Assembly: GCA_964016885.1 (NCBI GenBank) | Contig: OZ024743.1 | Location: 282,286,001 to 282,350,000, forward strand | Direction of reading: 5' to 3' | Origin: Eledone cirrhosa | Taxonomy: Eukaryota | Length of the DNA: 64,000 nucleotides | Part shown: piece after piece, positions 1 to 13,000 of the stretch | How positions within the stretch are numbered: position 1 is the stretch's first letter | How the letters are laid out: every line of letters begins with the position of its first letter | Translations under genes and position numbers: made by a program | Notes under the pieces: model-generated | The model's database searches: none | Told to the model about the DNA's origin: nothing | The model's input: only the letters and a program-made list of their open reading frames with translations

Positions 1-96
1 TTATTTATTTCTACTAATGATAGTAAAACAGTTGTTTTATCACACCATAATACTGTCCCTGGAAAAAAAAGAGACGACCCTAACCATATGAATGAG
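1..96 (+). CDS. Tentative upstream coding exon of the ASDURF-like gene (5' end possibly outside the window)
   Basis: Frame is open from base 1 to a phase-0 donor GAG|GTGGGT at 96/97 (…SHHNTVPGKKRDDPNHMNE), phase-compatible with exon 620-673. No recognisable homology, so weak. Confidence 0.3.
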
Positions 97-619
97 GTGG
101 GTGTGGAGACGAATGAAAAAACCCAGTTGTAAAATATTAAAGTGTGCTAGTAAAATTTCACTCTTCGCCATTAATCCACTTTCATTTTAACATGTTCTCA
201 TTATGTCGCACTAGAAGGTAACAATTAAAAAACGGTTCCTCTAAGATATTTATTTTTACGTCAAAATGACCTTTTTATGTCAAGTAGTCGTCAATACTTT
301 ACATCGACTATTCTCTCGTACACGTTCACTTTATGTCAAGCTCAACATTTTCGTCGCATCATATCGTGTATCTTGTAATACGTTCTCTGTGTGCTAGAAT
401 CTATAATCAACTACACTTTACGTGGGCTCCCAAGCAGAGAAGGATTTAACAATCTGCTATGTGCTTGTCATGAATGATAATATCAGTATTTTATTATTGT
501 TTCTAGTTAAAATCATGAAGTACTAAACTATATACCAACTTTAGCTATATCTAGGTTTATCTGTAACTACCTCATCACTCACTGTCAATATATACTGTTT
601 GTTCTCAATTTGTTTTCAG

Positions 620-673
620 CTTCAAGAATGTATTGTACAGCAGGATGAACTTAAAACTATTAAAAAAGATGCT
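620..673 (+). CDS. ASDURF: ASDURF-like prefoldin-type microprotein, internal exon (LQECIVQQDELKTIKKDA)
   Basis: tttcag| acceptor, |gtaagt donor, 54 nt, phase 0-0. Resembles the human ASDURF segment IKEQKIVVDELSNLKKNR (recalled). Confidence 0.75.
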
Positions 674-755
674 GTAAGTATTTCGTTAGTACATGGTTTT
701 TGTGTTTATCCGTTATTAAGTATATTTAACTATTTGGATACTAATCCACCCTAGT

Positions 756-887
756 CAGTGCCTGATTTACTGTTATGCCTTTTTGTGTTACAGGGCCTCG
801 TTGGTCGGGGGCATATCCCGGCCCAAAATTTTTTTATTTCCTTCAGGGCCCAACTAAGGGGCCTCATTCGTCCTATATCCGGCACTG
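756..887. mobile_element. Short hAT-type MITE
   Basis: TIRs cagtgcctgat / atccggcactg; degenerate 8-bp TSD accctagt / gccctaat; GC-rich gggcc subterminal motifs. Confidence 0.55.
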
Positions 888-1962
888 GCCCTAATTTTAT
901 AATATAAAACTGCCTATTTTAAAATGTGCATAATATTAAAACCTTCCATCATAATTATATTGATGAAATTTTTGTAGCGTTCCAAAAATCAGCTTACTAA
1001 TGAAAAAGTTAGTCGAGAGGACTTAGTTGCACCTGAGGCACTACAACCTCTTTAATATTGGTAATCTACATGATAAATGCACACATTCTGTGAAGTGGTT
1101 GGAAGGGCATCCAGCTATACAAAGCGTGCCAAACAAAAGGTCAGGAGGTGTCTTCATGGACATGAAAACCTCCCTAGTTTTAGTGATCCACACAATAAAC
1201 CATCACCTGGTACACTTCTGTAAAGTGATTGGTGATAGGAAGGGCATCCAGCTGTAGAAAACTTGCCAGACAGAGTTTAGAAGACACTTAAGCTATACCA
1301 AGGTCATGGCAACTTCCTTTGTGTTGATGTCATGATAAAATGCACTTGGTAGAGTATGGAGGTCAAAGGTTTAAGTACTGGCTGATCTGTGATGACATGT
1401 CCAACTCTTATCAATAGTGAAAACAAAATGATGATGAGTTATTTTATTTAATTCCTCCAAATTTTTTATTATCTTCAAAATAAATTGAAACATAATCAGT
1501 GTGTTTCATTAGAAATATGGTAAAGTGGTTATTCCTTAGAGGTACCATCAGTTGATTGAGATTTCTGGATCTAAAGAATCATATGTAAGGACATTAATAT
1601 TTGGATAAACTCTGCACAACAATAACTATTAATGACTATCATATTTTAGGCAACTAACCTTTAGTGTATTGGTTGCACATTTAGCGTAGAGAGAATAATG
1701 ATTAAAGAAAATATGACCTAATCTGCATCTATTTTTCAATGCTAGTATGTTGCAATGGTACTGGAATTGTTTTTTTTACAGAGGGATGCTTTTCCTACAA
1801 GTAGCCACTAAACCATGCTCAATTAAGCATATTGAATTAAATAGTTTTATATCTTCCTCACTCAGAGTAGAGTACTACAATACTATAGGTTTCAACTGAT
1901 GATCAGTAATCCAGCATCTTACTACCAGAATTATAATACCTCATTAAAATAATTTGTTAGAA

Positions 1963-2625
1963 TCATCATCATCGTTTAACGTCCATATTCCACGCTTGCA
2001 TGGGTTTGGATGGGAGTTTTCCCACTTGAGGTAAGATTGGTTGTCCTGCTCGTATAGGACTGTCTGGCGGGTTTTCTACGGCTGGATGCCCTTCCTAACA
2101 CCAACCACGTTTACAGTGTGGACTGGGAGGCTTTTACCGTGTTACCTACACGGCCATATTACAGCGTGGACTGTGTTTTTTTGTCGTGACACCTATACAA
2201 CCTCATTTGTTTCGGACTGGATGCTGTGGTACCAACATAACTTCACATTGAAGGGGGTGATGTGGATGGGGTGGGGGTAGTGGGACAGGGGTGTATTGTT
2301 GTTAGAGGTGCCTACTGACGAGGTTTCGCTTTGTACTTAGGCAAGGCGGGTCTTCTGTATTACTGTGTAGCGCCAAAGATCTCGGTCCAGTGACATTGTC
2401 TTGGAGAGGTGTGTGTGAGGTCGGAATTTATCAAGTCGTCCCAGGTTTTTCTGGGTCTGCCTACTCCGTGGTTACCGTCTATTTTTATCGCCCTGCAATT
2501 TTTTTATACAGCTGTCGTCTTTCATGCACATCACGTGACCGTACCAACGTAGTCTTCTCTCAAGTAAACAACATCTGATCCCTCTTATTCCTAATTTCTC
2601 CCTTAGTTCGTTTATGCTTAGTTTG
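1963..2625 (-). mobile_element. 5'-truncated RTE LINE 3' end with long composite 3' UTR and (GAT)n tail
   Basis: Minus strand encodes RLRWYGHV…GRPRKTW, followed by the ggaagggcatccagcc module and catgcaagcgtggaatatggacgttaaacgatgat. A near-identical copy lies at 54160-54785. Confidence 0.75.
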
Positions 2626-3705
2626 TAAATACAGTATAGATTTAGTTGTTATTTCATCAGCATGTAACATCTGTTCTCCCTGCTAGCAAGGGTTGGACAG
2701 GTTATCACAGACTAAGTCAATGGTACTCAAACAGAGCTACTGACAACTCAGACAGACCAGGAATATCTCAATTGATTAAAGCTAAGTATAATGATATCAT
2801 CGTATAAAGACTTGTTTGTTCTGTGCTCCCTCCAAAATATTTTTTACACTTGCTTCAGTAGTCTTGTATATGTGCTATCTTTTCATCTCTTTTGTGAGTG
2901 TCCAACACTCTGCTCCATACACAAGCACACTTTCAACTGAGACAGATTACAGATGTCATAACGACCAGAAGACTTGGTCTCGTAAGTCACGTGTGGTAAA
3001 GAGATCAGGCAGAGACATTACACCAGTCACTGCTATGGGAACCCACACATGGTAAAAGAAAAAGAGGCCAGCTTCATGCTACATTTCTGGAGCAGATTTG
3101 TAAAGACACACTGAAACCATGCTGGATAGGGACATTGCAGAAGTATAATTATCAGCATTATCCAATGAAACTCGACATGATAATGATATCAAGATGATGA
3201 TGCAGTTTTTGCAACAGGGTTTGATATTCTGGCTTAAATTCATAATCTATTGCCAACTCTTGACAAACTCTGCCATGTAATATTTAAAGGTTAATACATT
3301 TAAACATTTGAATTGACCAGTGTATTACTAGTACTTATTTCTTACAGACTGGATTGATAAAGGTATATTGAATCCCTAGCATGATATAAGTTCAGAACCA
3401 AGAGAAATATAAAAATTTAAATACTATACTGCATTTATTGCAGCTGTCTTCACTACTCTGGTATTAAAAAACAATATTAACCCTTTAGCATACTGATGTT
3501 AGGGTATTGTTCTCAAAATAAATAACATTAAAATCTCATAGATTCCATATTGTGTGAGGTAAGACTTTACCATGGAAATATAATAGTGTATATAGAATAA
3601 TGTAAATGCTAAATGTGTATATAGAATAATGTAAACCCAGGCTAGTGTGGAAAATGGACGTTAAACGATGATGACAATAATTTTTTAAATATTTTTATAT
3701 TTCAG

Positions 3706-3784
3706 AACATTTATATTCAACAACCAAACAGTAACATATTTTTTAAGGTAGACAATAAAGACAAAGTGTCAGTTCAGTGTCAAG
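3706..3784 (+). CDS. ASDURF: ASDURF-like exon (NIYIQQPNSNIFFKVDNKDKVSVQCQ)
   Basis: tttcag| … |gtatgt, 79 nt, phase 0-1. Contains the QQxNSNIFF signature of ASDURF (human KVYRQQQNSNIFF, recalled). Confidence 0.85.
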
Positions 3785-4493
3785 GTATGTTCCTTTTAAA
3801 CTTACTTTCCATGCTGGCATGGGTTTGATGGATTGGTACCATCTAAGCCAGTTCATATTTGGAATTACTGACCTCCTAGACAGATGACAACATTAAGCTT
3901 GTAAGTTCCAATTTTTTGCATAGTTTCATAGGCTGGATGCCCTTCCTAACACTACCCACTTTATAGATTGTACTCAGTGCAGTTTATCATAGTATCAGCA
4001 CTAGAATGATTGTCAAATTCTTGACAAGGCTAAAGAGGTTTCTCTGTCCTATGTTGTTTTTGTTCAAACATCAACCACTGTATTGGTGTCCTAGGTGTAT
4101 TTTATCATGATACTAAAGAGGTTATCATGTCTATCTAGTTTTAGTGCCATGATAAAATACACTAGTGTTTGGCAATCAAAGGGTAACAATGTAGGGCTAG
4201 GGTTGGTGTAACAATAAAAAGCACCCAGTACACTTTGTAATGTGGTTGCTGTTAGAAAGCTTATCCATTTATAAAAACCATGCCAAAAATGGAACATGTG
4301 TAAGATGTGGTCCCCTGGCACATGTAGGAAGACAGTAATTCTGAATAAAAGCTGACTGCAACTCATACCAGCATGGAAAAGAGATACTTAGCCATTTTTT
4401 AACTGCTGTTTATTTTGTTTCTAAACAATATGAATATTTAGGTGGAAATGGAAAAGATCATTTTCAAATTTGATGTTAAAATTTATTTTTCAG

Positions 4494-4558
4494 ATTCCAT
4501 AACAAAACTGAAAGAAGAGATGAACAAGTTGGAACAAATGACATCACAGCAAAGCTGA
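4494..4558 (+). CDS. ASDURF: ASDURF-like last coding exon (DSITKLKEEMNKLEQMTSQQS*)
   Basis: ttttcag| acceptor, phase 1 matches the previous exon; coiled-coil-like sequence; TGA at 4556-4558. Confidence 0.8.
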
Positions 4559-4584
4559 AACTATTTCTTTACTGTTGTAATGTA

Positions 4585-4590
4585 AATAAA
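4585..4590 (+). terminator. Polyadenylation signal of the ASDURF-like gene
   Basis: AATAAA 26 nt after the stop, with U-rich tracts downstream. Confidence 0.55.
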
Positions 4591-6397
4591 GCAAAATATA
4601 TATATATTTAAAATCTAATAGTTTTATTTCACTTGAGATAAAAACTGAATTTCTGTTTATTGTTTAGATGTGTGCAATAATTAATTAGCATTTACATTAC
4701 TATATTTTCACGGTAAAGGCATAATATTGTATCTATGAGATTTTGATATTATTTATTTTGAGAATAATACCTTAACATCGGTAAGAGTGGCTGGATTGAA
4801 AAGAAAGAAGTGAGATAATTCTAGCAGGACACGGTCGATAAATGCTAAAGGGTTAAATAAAAGATATTTAATGTAGTACCTGATATACATACGAAATGAC
4901 AGGATGGTCAAATCGCTGTTTGATCTGTTAAACACCAACCCAAATTAGAGATGAGTGAACGCATCAATACAGTTGCACGACCTGCTAGAAATAGCAGCCA
5001 ATTTCTTTTATATTAAATTAGGAAAGGACAGTATAGTTCTATGTATATATTTCATAAACTTGGCTAAAATTGTCTTAAATGTAGAAACAAAACAGTATGA
5101 AATGTATAATCATTTAAAGTATTATTCTAGTTTTTCATTTTAGATATTAGCATTCTTTCCTACTAACGTGATCACCAAAGAAAGATAACTTCTATTAACT
5201 ACTTAACCGTTTAGTTACCAACCCGGGTCTGGTTCTATGAAATAAACCACCCATTTTAAATTCAAATTTCCAACATTATTTTATATAAAGACTTACTATC
5301 TTAGTAATGAAATCATTAATAAATTTAGTAAATCCCTCGAAATTCTTCATTAATTGATTGAAATAGTGTATTTCATTAGAAATACAGTTACAAAAGGAAC
5401 TTGGTTTGAAAAATGAATACAACATATTTAGTTTAAAGTGAGTTTGCTTATTATATCAAGGTCGAACTTCATTTTCTTTAAGAAATGTTTTGATGCTTAT
5501 CCATAGAATCAATGGATAGTTTTGAGTGGTAGACTTAATATATCACTTGGTTTAACACCACCATCTAGTCTTTGGGTGCCTTTTGTGGAGTTTGCTTACT
5601 TATAAGCATGAGCCTGGTCACTGATTTGAAGATAACTTCTTCCCTTTCCTACCAAGCATTGAAAAAGTAAAAACATATCTAGTTTTATTGAACGATTATC
5701 ATAGTTGATCTTATGCCTACAGGTGTTTACAGAATCAAAATGTCTGTGTTGTTTATTTAGTTTTATGTTAAGTTAGAGTAAATATTGAACATAGCCAGGA
5801 AAAACCATCCATTCAAATAGAATGTGATTTGAAATGTTATTGCATTATCAAAAATTTTCACATTCTGGTCGATTGATAACACTCAAAATTTCATCAGCTT
5901 TGCTTTGGTGCAACTGGTAAGTACAACCATCCAGTATAAGGTGATGCGAGTTCCATGGGTGACACATCATCACTTTTCTCTGCTTGCAAGGGTGGGATGG
6001 AAACTGATTTTTGGCTTCCCTTCCTAACACCAACCTCATTTACAGTGAGTGCTGGGTGCTTTTTTTGCCTTGGCACCTCCACGACCACTTTCTACAGCTG
6101 AGTAAACTGGAGCAATGTGAAATGAAGACACAGTCTACTTTTTTTCTGTCGCCCAGTTTGTTAGACTATTTTCATGGTAAAAAATACTAGCTTTGAAGCT
6201 TCTAATTCTAAGTTTTAATTTCAATAAAATACATATCCACTTGGCGTTTATAAAAATAGATTATTTAAAGAAACATCTCAAAACTCTATGTACCATTAGT
6301 CTCCTTGAATATAGAGTGAAACGATTGCAAAAACTTTATTTCAATACTGGACATAGCATTATCTAGTTTCTTTAAATAAGGAAAGAGTAAAATGATT

Positions 6398-6604
6398 TAG
6401 TCCTTTAGCATTTAAATCGACCGTATCCGGCCAGAATTCTCTCACCTTTTTCTGTTCAAATTGGCTGTAACCGGCCGCTCATATTGGGTATTGTTCTTAA
6501 AATATCAAAATCTCGTATATCAAAAATTCGATTATGTGAGGTAAAGCCTTTACCAAAAAAATATAACAGTATATATAGAGTAATGTAAATGCTAAAAGAG
6601 TTAA
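6398..6604 (+). mobile_element. piggyBac-type ~210-bp MITE
   Basis: cctttagcattta…taaatgctaaaagag-TTAA ends. Same family at 9814-10224, 12848-13069, 52983-53210 and 57368-57595; partial copies near 3477, 4690 and 24855. Confidence 0.7.
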
Positions 6605-6849
6605 AGAAACGTCATTTCAACACTGAACCTAGCATTATCTACTGTTCCTTTGAAAATAGAGTTAATGATTTGAAGAAATGTTATTTCAATACCAGATGCA
6701 CAAAAACTGGGGATATCATTACCCACTGTTTCCTTCAAAGTAGAGTGAAACAATTTGAAGAAAATAGCAATAAATAAACGAAATCTTTTTTTCATACATA
6801 TATATACACATTAAAATACAACAAAACAGTGTTGTCGTTAGAATTTCAG

Positions 6850-6855
6850 TTTAAT
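6850..6855 (-). terminator. Candidate NOG1 poly(A) signal (ATTAAA); a distal AATAAA lies at 6335-6340
   Basis: ATTAAA about 55 nt after the stop, followed by GU-rich tgttttgttgt on the minus strand. Confidence 0.4.
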
Positions 6856-6909
6856 ACAGAAAAACTCAACGAATTTATATAATATCAAATCAGCATCATC
6901 TCATAACAT

Positions 6910-7062
6910 TTATCGTCTCTGTGTCTTTCCAATGCCACGTTTACCACTGAAAATATGTTTGGGTTTTAAGTCGTGAATATGTCGATCAGATTCTCCTTTA
7001 CGGCCGTCCATTGTGAAGGACTTCATAGCTTTGCGAGTTATCTTCCTTACTTTCTGGACCAT
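6910..7062 (-). CDS. GTPBP4: NOG1 exon 17 ([11 protein letters not shown]…[18 protein letters not shown])
   Basis: tttcag acceptor; conserved NOG1 C-terminus; TAA at 6910-6912. Confidence 0.95.
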   Translation of the reverse strand: MVQKVRKITRKAMKSFTMDGRKGESDRHIHDLKPKHIFSGKRGIGKTQRR

Positions 7063-10000
7063 CTGAAATATTGACCGTTTTAATGAACATATGAAAAATA
7101 ATATACAAGAATTATTTAAAGTTCTAATAGATCAGAAAAACTTAGCAAAGTCATATGAAATTTCTTTGCTTATTTTAAATATATATGAAGTCAGGTAAAA
7201 CTGCTGGCCATCAGGAATAATTACAGAGATGCTGAAAGCAACTGTGATGGTAGGCCACACCATAACCACCCATATTGTAACTCAATTAATACAAGATGGT
7301 ACTATACCCAATGACTGGTGTAGCATTATCTATTGCTACAAGATCAAAAGATGCATTATACAGAGGAAACTACCAAGGCATCAAACTGATGGACCAGGTC
7401 ATGAAAGTTATAGAAAGAGTCATTGTACAACTGATGAGGGATTGAATCAATTGATTCAACTCCAGTACTTAACTGGCACTTTATTTCATTGACACTGGAA
7501 GAATGAAAGGCAAAGTTAAACCTCAGCAGGATTTGAAGTCATGGTAACAAAGGCATCTTGTTCAATGCCTTAACAATTCTGCCTATCCACAACCCTAGTT
7601 ATATAATAATAAATGTTTCTACTATTGGCACAAGGCCAACAAATACCCAGTACATTACTGGTACTATATAATATATAATAATAAAGAAGAGGGGAAATAT
7701 ACCGCTTCATCTCGTAGACCAGATCGGTCTCGTGGAGGTCTGGAAGAGCTACGCATTGCTGCTCGAGAGTCTTCTCTCCTTCGTTTCAATGGCCTGCGTG
7801 ATGTACTACGAGATCTCTGAGTTGAATAATTTTTCTCCTGAAATTGAAATTTTTCAAAAATGTACAATTTTAGACTGCAATTTAATGAAAAAGCAAACAA
7901 ATAGAATCAAATTATTTATATACCAGGCAATAAGTGTCACCAAAAACATTTTTTTAAAATAGAAATGAGGATTGAATGTTTGTGACTACATTACTATTTT
8001 CATTTACCTTAATTCTACTATATTAGCTACTACTGCAGAAGACATAGCCATCTCCTTAACTTGTGATGGACTGGCATACTGTCCAGGGGAAAAGTTTTGT
8101 ACTCTTAGTTGCTTAACACTCCTGATGGATTGGGATAGACTTAAACTATCATTAAGAACTCCATTAAAATTGATTATATAAAATTTCGAAGAGAAAATAT
8201 TCCATACTGTCAATATAAATTTGAGCTGAATCAATATTTTTAAAATCATTTAATAAAAAACTTATAAACCAAAATTATATGTAGTTCTTAAAACTCTTAT
8301 TTCTTTAGATTATGACTAACTTGCACATATTTTTTACAATAAAAAGGTTAAAATTGAAGTTAAATGGCATAGCAATATTAAATAAGATTAATAAAGCAAA
8401 GATAAAATATTGTGGAATAAAAACAAACAAAGTTAAGCAACGGAATGAATGTATAAATTATATAATTAACTCATTCTTTCAAACAAACCCCAGTTTAAAC
8501 AAAGAACTACAGAGGAAATTAGTTTAGTTAAAGCCTGTCATAAACAATGAGGCTCAGCAGTTCATTGCAGGGTTAATTATTTTCAGTTGAGTTGATTGGA
8601 GCAACATAAAGAACACAACATGCTACATTGTCTAAGAATTGAACCCATGATACAACAAGAAATTAACTCAACATCTTGTACCACATAAAACCATATTAAC
8701 AAAACATTCTTGAAAAAAAATAGGGAGAAAACAACAATATGTCCACCAATAAAGATACTATAAACATCTGAATTAATAAACCCATTTTTAGATGTTGGAC
8801 TTGCGATCATGTTGTGGGTTTGATTCTTGGGTTGGGTTGCATATTGTGTTCTTGAGCAAAACACTTTATCTCACATTGCTCCAGCATACTCAGCTGAAAA
8901 TGAGTATCAGCAATAGCTGGGGTTTAACTCTGTGATGGACTGGTGCCCTGCCCAGGGGGGGAGTTTTGCATTCTCAGTCGCTTCACGCTATGAAGCCAGG
9001 ATAAGCACCAGCCTAACAAGCCTTCTAGCTTAAGATAGCCTTAGACTAAATCAGGATGTTAGGCCTTAAATAGAATCGACTACATGAAACAAATTTGTTA
9101 GCACCAGTGAGCCATAACCCAAAGCTTTATTTTCTTACAAATAAACAAATGACACTTACTGCACGTTCTAATTGCAAGCCTAAATCATCCATTTGTTGCT
9201 CCAAGTCACCAACAGTTCCAACAACGAATTTAGATCTTGGTATTCGTGACATCTTTCGTCTTTCTCGCGATTCTAAAATCATCAGTTGTCTCTTTTCACG
9301 TATTCTAAAAATAAAATTAAGAAACTATTTAAAAAAAAAATAAATAAATAATTATTTATTTATTTAAGTACAATAAATGCATAAAACCTTAGGACAGTCA
9401 TGGGAAACCTGCAGCCTGCGAAGCTTTCTGAATGGCTCGCCTAAGTCACCTAAATGAAATCTTTCTGATTTTTTTAACCCCAACTTTTCAGTCGTAATTT
9501 ATCTTTCTATCATTTTTACGATCGAGGAAAACGTGTACGAATTCTGAAGAAACAAATCAAAATCATTTTTTAATGTGGGCACAAATGTAAATTAGCGCTT
9601 GTGGCTTGCCTGATGATGAGCCTTCTCTCATGTGGCCCGCCTCTCAAAAAAGGTTGCCCATGCTTGCCTTAGAGATATAGAAAAGCGAATTTTAACATTT
9701 GTGATTTCTCAAGCACTTTTTAAAAATTGTTTTTCCATGTTTACATAGATGGGCATCAACAAGAAGAAGAATACAAAAGACATCAGGTTGCAAGGTGTCA
9801 AATGTTTTATAATTTAACCCTTTAGAATTTAAACCCGCTGTATCCAGCCAGAATTCTCTCACCTCTTTCTGTTCAAATCAGCCATAACCGCCCACTCATA
9901 CTGATGTTAAGGTTTTGTTCTCAAAATAAATATCAAAATCTCATATAGATTCGCGAGATAATTATGTGAGGTATTTATTTTACATTACTCTATATATAAT

Positions 10001-13000
10001 TGTTTCTACTTTTGGCACAAGGCCAGCAATTACCCAGTGCATTACTGGTACTTTATTTTATCGACCCCGTAAGGATGAAAGGCAAAGTCAACCTCGGCGG
10101 GATTTGAACTCAGATCGTAAAGGGACGTAACTATGCTGGAAAGCATGGCGTCCGACCCTCTACCGATACTGCCAATCCACCGCCCATTAGTATATATAGA
10201 GTAATGTAAATGTTAAAAGAGTTAAAGGCTGTCAACTGGGACAACACAGAACGTGCAATTGATCAAGAACACTGCAAGGGAACTGTAATTCAATACGAAA
10301 AAGAGCAGAATAAACTGAGTGACTGATATACGAGGGTCAGTTGAAAAGTTCATACACTGTCTATGAAAGAGTGATGCTAGAGCTGGGAAATCTTGCATGC
10401 ATTTATTTCAGCTCTTCTTATTTATAACTGCATTGAAAAATAAGTCTCATTTGGTCATTCCATGAGTATTTTAATCAGCCAACTCTTGTATTTAAGAATT
10501 CCTGTAGTTGTTTCATCAGGATGAGAGCATCAGTGGTACCTTATCCAGACCCATAAACCTCGTAGATGAAGAGGTTAATTTCTTGAGGAAATTGTTATTA
10601 CAACTGGATGTTTCTCTTACTGATAACCATTTAACCCTTTCATTACCATATTTATAATGAAATACACTGTATTTGAATCAACCGGTGATGAATTTGGAGA
10701 GATTTACTAAAATAATTAATTATTCCATTAACGTAATATTTATAATATAACTTAACAAAATGTTCTTGTGTCAAATTATGGTTGAAGATCTTAATTTAAA
10801 AATAGGAACCCTTGAAAAAAGATTGTTTTGTTGCATATAACCAGAGGTGGTTTTGGGTAGGTTAGTATCAGTTTTCTTGGGTGCCTTTAGCAGGGTCCAT
10901 TCTGTTGCAAGTATTCAAGCCATGTCTAAGGATACATTCTTTTCTACCAACAGTCCTGGAGGCTCTAAAATAGGTTATATGTCCTGCCCTTTCTTCTCTG
11001 ATTAAACCATAAAAAACTCAAATCACCTGATGCAGGAAATTAAAATAATTTAAAGAATTGGGTTTAGCATTGTTAGCAATACATTGTTATGGAAACTACC
11101 CTTTCTCTAAGTTATAGAAAAAATACCAGTTAAAAAATCATGATAGTAATGATTTGTTTAGACCCAAGTCAACTCTAATCAAGCAAACATATACTTAAAA
11201 TTGTTCCAGTCTCTACAACTCCATCTTTTTTAAAAATGCAGTGCTTCAATCATACATTATGGCCTTTCCTTTCTAAAGCAGTTACGTGTGATTTGAGAAA
11301 GGTTTGTCAGCTATTTTCAGCAGGTATTCCCTCATCACTGCAACAATAACAAGTTTCAGATTTATAGAAGCTATCAGTAGATAAAACACCACTTATGCTA
11401 CAACCCAAGACAGTATTATGTGATGTAAAATGGGAATTAAAACTTATATATATATATAGTTCAACACATCAGTATGTAAAGGCAACTGCCACAATATCCC
11501 TAATTCAAGCAGAAGTTATAAAGTCATAAATCCTTCCAGGTCATTGATGTGGTCATCAATATCAACAATAATTTCTAGCAGACATAAAACCACAAATTGG
11601 CAGTCATTAGAATGTTGGATAGAATGCTCTCTCTGCACTCCAAGTTCAAATCTCATCAACTTTGCTGTTCATCTTTTCAACAAAAAATTACCAGTCTAAT
11701 ACTGGAGTCGTTTCTTCCTCTATATCACTTTCTAACTTTTCTCTATTACACTCTTTCTCCTTCTCTGGAAGAAATAAGCTGTGTCCAAACCTAGAGAGGT
11801 GATGGGTTCTGCCAGGTTTTAAAAAATGCCCAAGAAATATTGTATGACACTATAGTGTTCCTACAACTCCACCAGGAGTTATAGATTCATACATACATAC
11901 ATGACTGGTACTTTAATTGCACAAACCTGGAAGGATTTGAACAAAATGTAAAGGATCCTAACTAAACACCATAAATTGCTGGCTTTACTGATTCTGCCAA
12001 TATACACAAATATTAATGCTGTTATGCTAAACTAACATAGAGAAAAAAAGGAGGTGGGGTTAAAATAAGATGATTAACTAATATTAAGTGAGCATATTTA
12101 AAAAATATAAATCACTGAGGTTAATTACTTGGCTGCAGCTTTTCTAATCTTCTTCATATCTTCATCATCTTCTTCATCTAATTTGTTGTAATATCCTGCA
12201 GCAATTCTCAGTTCTTCTTCTTTCTCTAAGGCTTCCAGTTTCTATAAATAAAATAATAATGTATGTATATATATATATATATATGAGGGGAAAGAGAGAG
12301 AGATAATCTGCAATGCTGAGACTGAAGAGACCACAAATCATGGGGAGATGCAAAGTGGGTATAGAAATAGGTATAATGCCAACTGTGGTGCCAATCGCTG
12401 TTGGGATTATAGCTATCGCTATCTCTCTCTCATAATAATAATGAGCAGGAATGAAATATCAATATAACATCATTATGTTTATTCACATGTAAAGGGCGTT
12501 TCGTGATCGATCAGCTCAAGGTACATTCAGTATCAAAAGCCCATCAGACTTGTGGATTCCTTAATGACTATAGATATCCATAGGTAGCGTAATATATACT
12601 TAAGGTGTTTTATATATACATAAAAATTTGAATTCAAAACTAAAAATACAAGTATTAATATTTCTACAGTGGTAGTAAACATACTATAACTTCCAGGTTG
12701 TATGCTAAATTTTCGAGACTTTGGGAAGAAAAATAGTGTCTTCAATAACACTTTTTTCCATAAACTATGAAAGCATTAATAAGATTTACTATTTTACTGT
12801 TATACATTTACTATTTTATGCTAGCATTTAATTACAAAGTACCATAATTAACCCTTTAGCATTTACATTATATATTCTCTTGTATTTTCATGGTAAAGGT
12901 TGTATCTCATTATTATCTCACATAATATCAAATCTCTGAGATTTTGATATTAATAATTTTGAGAACAATACTTCAACATTAGTATGAGCAGCCTGTTACA

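Noticed and set aside
1-171. Minus-strand open frame starting ATGGCGAAG at ~171
   Set aside because: No recognisable protein similarity or splice donor within the window.
4558-6910. Functional coupling of ASDURF (PAQosome) and NOG1 (60S biogenesis) by adjacency
   Set aside because: Convergent orientation gives no shared promoter, and adjacency alone is not evidence without synteny data.
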